A DNA stretch of 63,824 nucleotides from Schmidtea nova. Its lineage: Eukaryota. The notes beneath the pieces were generated by a model. The model was not told the origin of the DNA. It searched no databases and saw only the letters and a program-made list of their open reading frames with translations. Made by a program: the position numbers and the translations under genes. The stretch lies in assembly GCA_044892505.1 (NCBI GenBank), contig CM097883.1, positions 105,276,177 through 105,340,000 of the forward strand, in the 5' to 3' direction. Below are positions 13,583 through 25,600 of the stretch, piece by piece (within the stretch, counting starts at the first letter, position 1; each line of letters starts with the position of its first letter).

Positions 13583-14182
13583 ATGACATATACTACCATT
13601 AATGATATATTTACAGACATGACGGAACCCAAGGGCAGAGATTTCAAGCAAGAGGCGCGAGAACACAAGGCGCGCTCACGAGTCCTGGAGAATCGATTAA
13701 GGCAGCTGAATGAGGAGTATCAGCGGGTTAAAACGACATGGTTTAGCCCAGAGCGGGTTAAGTCCATCCTGCAGGCTAGGTACAGGGCAGAACGAGTAGC
13801 TGAGGAACATGCCAGAGAGATTGCCGCCCTGAAATTAGAGTTGGCGAATTATTTGAAGGTATCGACTCGCGACTTCATTACCGAACAACTACGCCCAGTG
13901 ATCAGAGCTAGCACCTTTAATCGATGGATAGACACGATAGCGGTGACCACGAGCACCCAAACAGAGACCGATACCATCGCAACCACGACGATCGAATCAA
14001 CAATGAAAACTCCAGCCGGTTCGAAACGAACAAAGAGGAGGAATCGCTTAGGAGCGAAAAAGCGCAGGGAAAGACGCGCATATGCAGATCGCCTTGGAAT
14101 CGAAGTAGACTTGCTCAGTGGTCTATCCGAGCAAGAACTACTAAATGTAATACGACCCTCGGTATTGTTGAACTATAAATAA
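13583..14182 (+). CDS. LTR-encoded ORF2 (199 aa, coiled coil + basic NLS-like tract)
   Basis: Heptad-like N-half, KRTKRRNRLGAKKRRERR; identical copy at 39690-40289. Confidence 0.55.
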   Translation: MTYTTINDIFTDMTEPKGRDFKQEAREHKARSRVLENRLRQLNEEYQRVKTTWFSPERVKSILQARYRAERVAEEHAREIAALKLELANYLKVSTRDFITEQLRPVIRASTFNRWIDTIAVTTSTQTETDTIATTTIESTMKTPAGSKRTKRRNRLGAKKRRERRAYADRLGIEVDLLSGLSEQELLNVIRPSVLLNYK

Positions 14183-14379
14183 ATGTATAAAACGAATGAG
14201 TTGACTTGTCTTGTTTGTATGTGGAATGTCTGAAAATGGAATGTAGATAAAACCCGGATTCATTTAAAGCTGCAGATGTCTAAAAAGTACATTACCCTAG
14301 GACACTAGAAAGGAGCATAAGTGGGACCGAAAGAAAGCCACAGACACCTTCTATCGGTAGTGGTGGACCCGTGAATAAA
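14174..14379 (+). promoter_or_regulatory. Candidate LTR TATA boxes (14174, 14186) and poly(A) signal (AATAAA 14374)
   Basis: Order and spacing fit U3/R/U5 near the LTR 3' end; positional inference only, other AATAAA occur near the LTR start. Confidence 0.35.
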
Positions 14380-14573
14380 CAAGGGAATAGTAGCCGAAAG
14401 GTTGCTCACCTGCCTTGTCATTTCACAACGTTGACACAGCACCAACATGATGAGTAGTTAGGGATACATCATGGGTGTCAGCGGGGGAATGTTTTTATGT
14501 TGGCGAGATCACCCTAACATATAAAATCATGAGGATCTCAGTTGTCAATCTAACCAACACACCAGCATAAATT

Positions 14574-14591
14574 TGGGGGCTCAGCCGGGAT
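14574..14591 (+). promoter_or_regulatory. Primer-binding site, tRNA-Pro-like
   Basis: TGGGGGCTCAGCCGGGAT, 16/18 to the classical tRNA-Pro PBS TGGGGGCTCGTCCGGGAT; 6 nt after the LTR end. Confidence 0.8.
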
Positions 14592-15126
14592 TAAATCGAT
14601 CTTTGTGGGAAAAATTGAATTCGATATCTGCGGACAGTGTTAGAGCGCCTGAACCGGGATGGAATTGAATTTAGCGAGGAAAAGTAAAGTAAATAATAGA
14701 GGGTTTGAGGGTCCTGAAGCAAGAATGAATCGGGTTGAAAAATAATAAATAAAAGTATGAGTGTAAAATAATGAGATTGATGAACGTGATGAAAGTATGC
14801 ATGAGAATGAAAGTATGAATGATAATGGAATAGAAGTATGAGGATGAATGAAGTATGATGAATAGTATATGGAATAACAGTATGAAAAGTGATGAAAAGT
14901 ATGCATGACGTAAGGTAAAAGTATGCTGGAAAGTGTGCATGAAAATGGTATGAGTGTGAGCAACTAACAATGATCATGTCGGGGCGACATTCAAGAACAC
15001 GGGGGGATACGCAAGTAACGACGTAAAACAGAACAACAGAAAGCGAACAGTAGGGCTACCATAGAATAGGAATAATAAAGGATAAATAAAAATCGATAAC
15101 AAAATTAATGAGAATTCATTCAGGGG

Positions 15127-15585
15127 ATGGAGAACAAAATAAAAGAAATGCAAACGTTTTTCGAAACAAACAACGAAACAGTGGAGACAATAATGAGGAA
15201 GTTAAGACGACTCGAGGTAGAAGGATACCACGAACCGACAAACAACACAGAAAGAGCCGAAATGATGATGAGCATAAGCGAGAATAAGATAACAGTGGAT
15301 ACAACAACGCGATACAAATGGTACAGAGAAAGATTAAACAACCCTGAAATGAATATCGAGTGCCACAGGCTAGAGCAACAGTTAACAACAAAACACGATG
15401 AGTGGATAAGAACGACAACAGAACATACGAGACAATATCTGACGTGTTACATCTGTGAAATAAACAAAATACAGATAATGTTGTTGCCGTGTGGGCATTT
15501 TCGATTCTGTAATGACTGTAAAATAAACGAACGATGTCCTATGTGCAACCTTCCCGTATCCGAGAAAGTAACAGTGTACTTGTAA
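15127..15585 (+). CDS. IAP/MDM2-type C-terminal C3HC4 RING finger protein (accessory gene)
   Basis: CYICEINKIQIMLLPCGHFRFCNDCKINERCPMC...VTVYL at the C-terminus; AATAAA at 15590; no BIR seen. Confidence 0.85.
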   Translation: MENKIKEMQTFFETNNETVETIMRKLRRLEVEGYHEPTNNTERAEMMMSISENKITVDTTTRYKWYRERLNNPEMNIECHRLEQQLTTKHDEWIRTTTEHTRQYLTCYICEINKIQIMLLPCGHFRFCNDCKINERCPMCNLPVSEKVTVYL

Positions 15586-16616
15586 TAGAAATAAAGTTTT
15601 GAACAAGTGCAGTTGTTATTGAAATTATGAGGGTTTAATAATGATTTGGTAAAAATGACCTAAGTAATTATGAGCTACTCACGAGTAGTCCGTTAAGCAC
15701 CCATTGGGGGGAACCAACTGATCAACTTACCCGAGATGTGTAGAAAGGGGCCAATCGCGGATATTGGAAAGCTCTTGTGATGTGACTGATCACCACATCG
15801 TGCATCAGTGGACCAATGCGATCTTTTTATATATTTTGGTTGGGGTGAAAGGTAGGGACAACTCAATGAGGTTTAGGCGCGCGCAGAAAAACTATAAAAA
15901 TAGGATGTTAAACTGATCAGTAAAGAGAGAGATAAAGCAATGAAATGAGTAAGAGGAGTAGAGAAATGTGGTATATGATGAAAGGCACGTAATCAGCTCG
16001 CATAAAGTAAAATCAAGTAGAGAAGTCGACGAATAGATAATAGAATAAAGGGGTATAACAGATGAACCGAGTAAATGGAAAACTCAAGGTTAAAGGAAAT
16101 CCTTGAAAGAAAGGAAATGATAAAAGGGGTCCTAAAGAGAAAGGATTTGCCCATAGTTCTTGAAAGATAGAACTTAACGAAACGCGACAATAGATTCTCC
16201 GAAGAAGCATAAGTGACCACTGGGAGGAACATCCCGAAGCAACACATGCAACCACTGAGAGATGATATTTCGAGTTTCCGTTCGTGAGCATAGGTCTCAT
16301 AGTGAGCATAGGTCTCGTCATAAAACATAACATCCTAGTGAGCGTGGGTCTCGTCATAAAACACAACACCATAGTGAGCATAGTTCTCGTAGTAAGCAGA
16401 GTTCTCATTAATAAACACAAGACCAGCAAACCTAGTCCTCATCAGTGAGCGTAGTTCTCATCAATAAACTTAGCCATCGTAGTGAGCGTAGTTCTCATCA
16501 GGAAACATAATTCCTGTAGTCACCATCAGTGAGCGTAGTTCTCATCGGGGAACATAGTCCCCAGGGCAAAGAGTTTCCATCAGTAAGCAAAACCCTCATA
16601 ACAACCATGTTTTGCC

Positions 16617-16882
16617 AGTGAGCATAGTTCTCGTTAGTGAGCATAGTTCTCGTCAGTGAGCATAGTTCTCGTTAGTGAGCATAGTTCTCGTCAGTGAGCA
16701 TAGTTCTCGTCAGTGAGCATAGTTCTCGTTAGTGAGCATAGTTCTCGTCAGTGAGCATAGTTCTCGTCAGTGAGCATAGTTCTCGTCAGTGAGCATAGTT
16801 CTCGTCATTGAGCATAGTTCTCGTCATTGAGCATAGTTCTCGTTAGTGAGCATAGTTCTCAGCAGTGAGCATAGTTCTCGTT
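16617..16882. repeat. 19-bp tandem repeat, 14 units
   Basis: Unit AGTGAGCATAGTTCTCGT(C/T); degenerate dispersed copies at ~16285-16550. Confidence 0.93.
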
Positions 16883-17206
16883 CGAAATAAAATATTGAGT
16901 AAAAGCCCACGAGAAAGACGACGAAGTGAGGCAGATGAGGACTAAATTACGCATAAAACTATCCGGATAGTGAAGATCAACAAGCGATAATGGAAAGGAA
17001 TAATTGATAATGAGGATAAATGATGAATAGTGAAAATGAATAACGAATAATGAGGAATAAGGGTTGAAAGAAACCGAATTAATAACGAAAGAGTTAAAGG
17101 TGCGCACCTGGGTATTGATAAATGCGAGTAAAGCTGATTATGTGGCCTAATGATGTTAAAGTATGCATACAGAGGAGTAGTAAAGTAAAGTGAGTAAGTG
17201 AAGGGT

Positions 17207-17672
17207 GCCGACTGGAAAACCCAGCAGACCATGAGAATCGATGAGAATAAAATGAAACCGGTTTGTTAAGACAGGTAAAGTGGTAAAGACGCTAGCTGGA
17301 AAACCCAGCAGGTCAATGATAACGATCAAGAAAGATCGAGATAACAAAAGTGAGTAATAATAAAGTGGTGAAATTGAGGACGCTGACTGGAAGACCCAGC
17401 AGGTCAAAAGTGATGATCATCGGAGTAACGAGCAGTTAAAAGTCGGCAGTGAAGAGATAAAGGGTGGATAATAAGAGCGCTGACTGGAAAAACCCAGCAG
17501 GCTAATGAAACGACAATGGAGGTCGAGAATAATGAAGCAGAAGTAAAAGGTGAGATTAAAAGCGCTGACTGGAAAACCCAGCAGGCTAATGAGATAATGA
17601 GTGAAGTTGAGAGAAACAGAGTTCGAGATAAAAGGTGAGATTAAAAGCGCTGACTGGAAAACCCAGCAGGCC
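17207..17672 (+). repeat. Array of six hairpin motifs, period 84-97 nt
   Basis: GCTGACTGGAAAACCCAGCAGG variants at 17207, 17291, 17382, 17479, 17564, 17649. Confidence 0.88.
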
Positions 17673-18546
17673 AACGAGAGATGTCAGTTGAAGTAAAGGT
17701 GAGTAGAGATGAGAATTGAAATGAAGTAGTAAACGTAGTGCGAATAGGAGATAAAGCGAATAGTTGGGAAATAGAGTAGTAGACAGATAAGGGGAGATTT
17801 GAACTCAGAGCCAGAGAAGCCTGAGAAAAGTAAAGGGGATAATAAGAGCGCTGAGCGACAAAGTAATTGGGGAACTGGGGAAAAGTAATTGGTGTATTGG
17901 ATAAAGAATAGATAATTGATACGACTGCATAGATAATTTAAATAGACTTAAAATCAAGGGAAATGGGAAAAATGGGGATCTTCATGAATTATGACTACAC
18001 CCGTGAGAGGGACGAGAAACACGATAACGGGGACGTATCGTGTAAGTGATTATTTGTTTTAAGGAAACAAATCAATCAAGCAATTCAAAGCAATCTAGCA
18101 GTCAGAGCAATCAAAGGAAACAAATCAAAGAAGAAGCAAAGCAAAAGCGGAGTAGAAAATCAGTTGAGAATATAAGCAGTTGAGGAATAGACAAAATTGA
18201 GGGACGAGAAACAAGATCAGGTATAATACCAATCTTAACGGAAGCAGAAAGAAAAGCAGCGAAAAGGACAAGAACAGGTAACAAGCCTAAGCAACAAAAG
18301 AACAAACAAGTAGAGATCAGCGATAATTCGAGTAATAAAGAGAATCAAGAAGAAACCCCAGAAGATCTAGAAGTACAAAACGAAGTAGAGACGATAGACA
18401 GTGAACTAGTCAGGGAAAACAGAACAAGAAGCGAATCAAGAGATAACGAAACAGAGAGTGGTGAAGAAGAAGAGTCGAATTCAGAAACAAGTGGTGAACT
18501 AGAAGTAAAGAAAACTAGTACAGTATTCCAAGATAGTGGAATCGGG

Positions 18547-19600
18547 ATGAGTGATCACAGAGAGGATCTGAGAGAAAAATTCAAGGGCGAACCATTCAAT
18601 GGAGACGCCAGTAGATTGGACACGTTTCTAAAGGAATTTGGCATATTCGTGGATATATGCGGATGGAGTGCAGAAACGTTGGCGAATCGAATCCCGCTAT
18701 ACTTGAAAGATAGCGCATTGGATCTGTATATTGAGAAGAGATCGGGAAGTAATCCACCCAGAACGTGGGAAGCGATCAAGGAGTTCTTCCAACAGACGTT
18801 TGGGATAAACAAAGTGCTGAATGAAGCATTCGATGAGTTCTCAGCAAGAAAACAGAGGAGAAATGAGTCAAATGCGGTGTACGCAAGTGAATTAAGAAAG
18901 TTGGCGAAACTGGCATTCAACAGAGGAAGCCCAGTAGACGAAGAATTGATGACAGCGTTATTCGTACGAGGTCTCAGGAGACCTGACATCAGAGCACAAG
19001 TGGGATGCAAAGGATGTAAAACAGTGGATGAAGCGTTGGAAGCAGCCAACCTATTCGAATTGCATATGGAAATGAACGACATGAGAATTACGGCGGTAAT
19101 GGGAAAAACGACAGAAGATGAAGAACAAGGAAAAAGAAACATGAATCAAAGTATTCCCCATTCGCAGAGATTGTTCAAAGAACCGCCAGCAAGGAAGAAT
19201 AACGGATATATTACGGTGAATACGAATGGAGGAAATAGTTACAATGACAGGCAGAATAGGCAATGTCAGACGTGTGGGAAAAACGGACATTGGCAACAAG
19301 AGTGTTTCCAGAATGTAGCCTGTAAACTGTGTGGACAAAAAGGTCACTCAGAAAATCGATGTTATGGGAAAACGTGTTACACATGTGGAAAAACCGGACA
19401 CATGTCAAGAGACTGTAATCAACAGAGAAGTTGGTCAAACAGTGGAAATAGACAGAATTACGGAAATCGACCAAGCTATGGGAATCAAGGTCAACAACGG
19501 AACAACCCAAATAGCAGTGCAAACGAAGCTAGTATAAAAGAAGCCAAGTTGAGACAGGAGGTATCCAGATTACACGAGATAATCGAAAGCATGGCAAAAG
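18547..19600 (+). other. gag: Gag (capsid + three CCHC zinc knuckles)
   Basis: PFNGDASRLDTFL...F capsid start; CQTCGKNGHWQQEC, CKLCGQKGHSENRC, CYTCGKTGHMSRDC at 19264-19416. Confidence 0.92.
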
Positions 19601-22600
19601 GAAGCCAACAAGCTGCTCAACCAAAGATAAACATGATCCAGCTAATAGAAGCTGAGGCCGAAAGAGAAAATAGAGAAAGCCAACAGAAACATAATCAAGA
19701 ATGGGCTAGAGTACGACGAGAAGAAGAACAAGTCAGGCAACAACGGTTACAACAGTTAAAGAAAGGAAATCCAAGGATCAACATGATGCGAGCAATGATG
19801 GAAGAGAAGCAGCAAGATGAGTCAGACGAATTCGAAGTTAAAGAGAAAAGAAACGAAGAGCAGAGACAAGAAGAAGTGAATCAGGAAGTTCAGGAAGTAG
19901 AAGCCGCAGAGCAGAATCAAAAAGTTGAAGAAATAGAAAAAGAAACGAATCAAGAAGCGGAAGTAAGAATCAAACAAAGAGGAATGTTGGTGATCATGCC
20001 GAATGATCACGTGTGGCGATTCAAATACGATGTAAAAGAAGAAGTGGGAAGATTGTTCAATAAAGTAAATGAGATGATGCCGGGAGTAACGAAACTGCCC
20101 AGAGAAGCATTCCTACAAACAGAGGATTTACCGGAAGTGAAGTTAAAGATGACTGATATATGGGAAGATATGGGAGTAACGGAGACGAAAATAAACGTGA
20201 TGATCATTAGAGAGGTGGAACCGGAGAAAATCCCACCACCAGTGAAACACCAAACTCGGATCAGTCGAATATTCAAAGGGAAAATAAGACGAAGACGGCT
20301 GGAAGAAATAGATGAGTTGGAGAAAAGAATGGGAAAAGCTGAAGTAACAGGAAACGAGAATGAACTAATACAAGAAGTTAGCAAAAACGAAGCGAGACCA
20401 ACCGCGCATATTGGGATGCTGAGACACCCAAGACAAGAGTTGTCAGATGAAGAAGACGACAGCGAAGTTAGCAGTCTGGCAGGAGACATGCTAAAGGAAC
20501 CGGAAAACGAGGATAAAAAGATGGAAGTAGTCGAGACGATAGAAACGATGTCAGTAAAGGAAGAGGAAATTCAGAAGTTGATGGATAATGCGTTAGAAGT
20601 AATCCATAACGAGGAGTATATCGACAAGAAACGATACCGAAAGTTCATACGAGCAGTATGGCAAATGAAGTATAAAGAGTGGTTACAAGAAAGAGAAGTA
20701 AGAGTAATACAGGAGTTCATAGAGAAGTTATTGAAAGAACCACTCAACGAATACGTAATACAAATATGGATAAACGGGTGTTCACCGAGAATCTGGATAA
20801 GGAACCCAATGACGGATGGAATATATCGATGGGTTGAGGACAGATTGGGAAGCTCGTACCAAGACAAATTCATATATTCGGAAAACGGATTGGTGAGAAA
20901 AGGAACGCATATGATAGACACGGGTATCTGGCCAGGAGAAATAACGACGTTATCGATATGCAACACCAAGAAGGAAGAGAACTTACAAGGAATCGTCAAA
21001 GAAGCGAATACGTGTTACGAGATGAGAATAAAACCTCAGTTGCTAGAGGCAAAGGAAAGAATCTTGGCGGAGAATTTGAATACGATGATAGAACAGATCA
21101 TCCAACAAATCAAGAAACATCGAAAGGAATTGACGAAAAGCGAGTATGAGAATTTGAAACAGTGTATCGAGAATATACGAGACACCAGTCAAACGAGACA
21201 CTCAAATTTCAAAACGGATAAGTTAATCGCCAAGATGGGGAAAGAAATGTTTAAACGAGGAGAGGTATCAGATCTGAAGATCACCGTGAGATTACCAAAC
21301 GAAGAGACAAAACAAATTGAGGTAATACCAGATAGTAAAGTGGGAGAAATAGTAGATGTCATCAATGAGACGATATTACAACGAGAACGGGAAGATGAAT
21401 TCGAGGATGACATCGCTATAAAATACAAAGAACATCTACTGAACGAACGTGACGAAAGACGAGCGTATAAAATCGGCATATGGGATAATTATCAGACAAT
21501 ACACGTCATCAGAATGGATGATGTGCCGAGGATAACTACAAAAGATGAAGAAAGGAGAAAGAAACGACAAGAGGACGTTATGCGTAAGTTGAGGCAGATA
21601 GTAGAAATCTATCGGAACTGGCAGATGAAGCCAGAATGGGAGACAATATTGGGAGAATTGGATCTTAACAGACGACGATTGACGCCAGTAGAGAAACAAT
21701 GGGATAACAAAGAGAAATGTTGGAAAGTGAAAAGAGGCGTGTATGAAGAAGATCCGGAAGGAGAAGACAGATATGAACGTAATACGAAACGGATATGTAT
21801 GGTAACAAGGAGGTTATTACCAACGGACTTAGACGGACCAGAAACTGCAGTAATATGGGCAGAATTGGAGAAACAGAAAACGAGTGAATTGATCGAGCTG
21901 ACGAGAGGAAATACTCGGGGAAAAAGACAAACAATAAAAGGCTTAGCACAATTCATAATCTCAAATGGAGAAGACATAACGAACTTGAGAAAAGTAGCTA
22001 AAGCGATAGCAGAATACAAGAGAGTTAACGAGTGGTGTCCAGAGCAACTAGACGATGTAATAAAAAAGTGGAGAAACAAAGAGTTTGCAGAGGAAACGCC
22101 ACAGAAAATACATTTGAGGATAATGTATCCGAATCAGAGAAAAGAAGAGTTTTGGGTGATGCTAACAGAGAAAGTGAAAAGTGTTAAAGAGAAACTGATG
22201 TACGAACTACCATTCCACCTGCAACATCAAGGACGATCGTTGGATAATAATTTAGAAATCTGGCTGACACCAGTACAATTGGATCTAATGAATACGCTAA
22301 CAGTGGCACAAATAGTGGGTCAACCACTGAAGTTTAAAGAGGAAAAGAAAACGAAAGGGAGCCTGAGTACACCAAGTCCGATGAAGTCAACAATGACCCC
22401 AGGAACAAGTTCAGGACAAGCAAGGACAACACCAATAAAAACGAGAGAGAGAACACCGCCAGAAGCGTATGACGTCGATGAGATACTAACAGATAGTGAT
22501 GAGGCGATAGAAGAACTAACGAAGTTAACTCAAAAACCAACGGCGAATATTTTCGACAGAATAATAGAGATGCCAATAACGTCACCAGCAGAAATCGACG

Positions 22601-25600
22601 ATCAAGGAGTGGAACAGGAGGTAGTCATAGAAATGGTAAACGATTCAGAAGACGAGCAAGAACAACCACAGTTTACCCAAGAAATGGAAAGATGGTTAGA
22701 ACAGCGAGCGAACGAAGGAAGAGACGTTACAGAGGAAACCGGAAGAGCAACGAGATTCGTAGAAACCGGAACTGGAATGGAAAAACGACCAAGAGGAAGA
22801 CCAAAGATAGATCCAGCAACAGCAATTCCAAAGACAAGGGAAGAAAGGAGACAAGAGCAATGGGAGATTTGCTTGAAGAAACTGGATAAAATCGCAGAGA
22901 TCAGAGGCAAAGAAGAGAATCAAGTTTGTCAAGGAGAAGAATGGCTCACCAAAACGATAATGGATGTGTTAGCGATAATTGATCCAGAATTAAAGAATCT
23001 GTGGCGGATAAACGAACCCAGTACAAAGGCAAGGATGCTACACAATGCGATAGCACCAATTATGCCGGAATTGATAAAAGCGAAAACAAAATCGAATCAT
23101 CTAGATTGGCAAGGAACCACGATGTTAATAAAAAGGCTACTTAACGGAGCAGAGACGGACAGCAAATATCTAGTAGCAATCTCGTATACGATATACAATT
23201 TGTTAACGCTAAGCCGAGGAAGCCCGAAGTCAAGTCCGATGGGAAGACATATTAAAAATACGGCGATGATTATCGAGAAAGAAATTGAACCATATATCCT
23301 CAGGAAAGGAGGATGGGAAAAGTTCATAAAAGAGAACCAGACAAAAGAAGGGTCTAACGTGATGAGAAAGAAACTTGAAGGAGTATTGAGAGAAATGGAG
23401 AATAGACAAACAATGCAAGGAAACGGAAGATCGACGTTGAATTTAAACTCGATAATCATGATGATGTTAGTATGGTTGTTAAGCACGGAAGGTGTAACAA
23501 CATTTGAGGTATTTGATTGTGATCAAATGAAGTTAGGAGAAAAGTACTCATTGAGAGGTACGGAGCAGTGCAAAGATGCAACTCCAGTAGAGTTGAAAGA
23601 GATTAAAAAAGAACAATGGTACCACGTGTATCAAGAGGCAGAACTAATAAAGACAATGGTGAATGAATGCAAAGTGCAAAAGACGAGATTCGCATTCTAT
23701 TGTGGGAGAGGACATTATTCAGCAATTGTCATGCCAGGAACAGAAAGAGAACCAATCGTGTTGCAAGGGGAAGACTGCGAAGCATTATTTAAACATGGAG
23801 AAGTGACAACGAGAGATAAAATCAAGATAAAAGGAAAGCCAGGAATGATGTTGCAGCAGACGTATTATGTAGCAGGACGGATTACGGGAGGAGAAGGATA
23901 TTGTCAAGGAGAAACCTACCCAATATTCGGAGTACCTGCAACCAACTTAGTAGTGATGGATACGTACATAGTCGAATTGAAAAGCTACGAAGCATTCTTC
24001 GAACCGACCACAGGAGAAATGAAAACGTTATCCATGTGTAAAATTGACAGAAGTATGTGTCAAACGGGAATGTCAACATTGGTGTACAAACCAAAGGTGA
24101 ACGAATGTCAATTACAACTGCTACAAGGAGCAAAGTTCGACGAAATCCAAGGAAATACGTTCCAGGAAGAGGACGATGATGACAAAGCTAGAGCAAAACA
24201 TCTCAAAGAAGCTTTAGAAAACAAAAGACAATTGAGACCAGATCATAGAGAAAAACGAATAGAGATGAGAGCCACACCAACAGTGTTGATAACCACAAAT
24301 CAGGATGTGGGAATGAGATTCATAAAAAGGAAAGCAACCCTTAAGTGCAGTACAACAGTATACGAAACAAACTATCCAGGAATATACGTGTCAAAGCAAG
24401 AAGTGCCGAATGCGAAACCCAAGATCGACACAATGGATATCAAGCTACACTTGTATGTGAATAATAAAATGGATTTCTTATTCCATAGAGGACAAGCCTC
24501 ATTACAAAAAGTGTACTATGATCTGATAAACAACGATTGTATACTGAACCGGGAAATATTGAAGACAAAGTTGGCCGTAGCGATTACGAATCCAGATAGC
24601 GCGATGCCGTTATTACCACTGAGGGAAGGACATTTCGGAAGAGTGGTTGGAGAGGCAATGTACGTATACATTTGCGAAAAGACACACGCATCGCTAGCAG
24701 CAACAACGCAGTTGAAACCTGGACAATGTACAAATGAATTAGAAATCGATTATAAAGGAAAAGTACGATACGTTCAACCGGTGACGAGAATCATCAATCC
24801 ACCAGGGTTCGAACCAAATCCATTCAACTGTAGTAACGCGTACGGACCGCTTTATCAGAAGCCAGATGGCAAATGGGTTATGTTCCCAGGAAGAACCGAA
24901 GTATTAGCACCAAGAGAATTTGAGCTAATGCAGTTGTCAAAAGATAGACAGTTCAGCGACGTAGATGTCTCAAACAACGGAATCTATAGTCCAAAGGATT
25001 TAGAAGCAGCAAGGCAGAATATATTATTCCCGGCAAGAAGAGAAGCATTACTGTCAAATATCGTAACGATAACGGGAGGAACGAATTATCGAGAAGGACC
25101 GAATTACGAACTGTTGTTGTCACCGGCACATTTCAAGAAAGCCACAGAAAATATGATGAAGGCAATGTGGGGAAGATTCCTGATATTTGGACAAATGATG
25201 GCTGGAATACTGGGTGTTATATTGATAATACAAATCGTCAGAGTGATAATAACGCAAATGTTAGCGTGTTTCGACATCTACAAGAGAGAAAAGAAAGTGA
25301 ATTGGAAAATGGTAGTAGGGTTTTTACCATTCCTTGCGAAAACGATGGTGTTGCACGGACACTCAAAAGACATACATCGAATAAAGAGGTTATTGAAGAT
25401 ACTTGCAAAAATGAAAGGAACAAACGAAGATGTCGGAAGGAAATTCAAAAAGATAATGCAAGACGAGCAAGCAAGGCGACAACTCAAGAAAGAAAGGAAA
25501 GGATTATGGGAAAGAGTGAGGGGATACCGAACGCAAGATGATTCAAGTAATGATGATGACGATGACGATCAAGGAGGACAAGCGAATATAAACCAGATTC

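Larger units (their letters stand above)
11295..14567 (+). repeat. 5' LTR (3273 bp)
   Basis: TGTTGG...CCAGCA; direct repeat of 37402-40674. Confidence 0.97.

Noticed and set aside
14591-14977. His/Phe/Ile-rich minus-strand ORFs
   Set aside because: Produced by the AGTATG/GAATGA low-complexity repeats
16285-16882. CRISPR or minisatellite-encoded protein
   Set aside because: Units are head-to-tail without unique spacers; the minus-strand ORFs over it are low-complexity by-products
17207-17672. CRISPR-like repeat-spacer appearance of the hairpin array
   Set aside because: Eukaryotic retroelement context, no cas genes, spacers resemble each other (e.g. AAAGGTGAGATTAAAA) and vary in length; it is a degenerate tandem repeat
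21800-22080. Possible SAP or death-fold domain between Ubl domains
   Set aside because: Only a vague helical pattern; not supportable by eye
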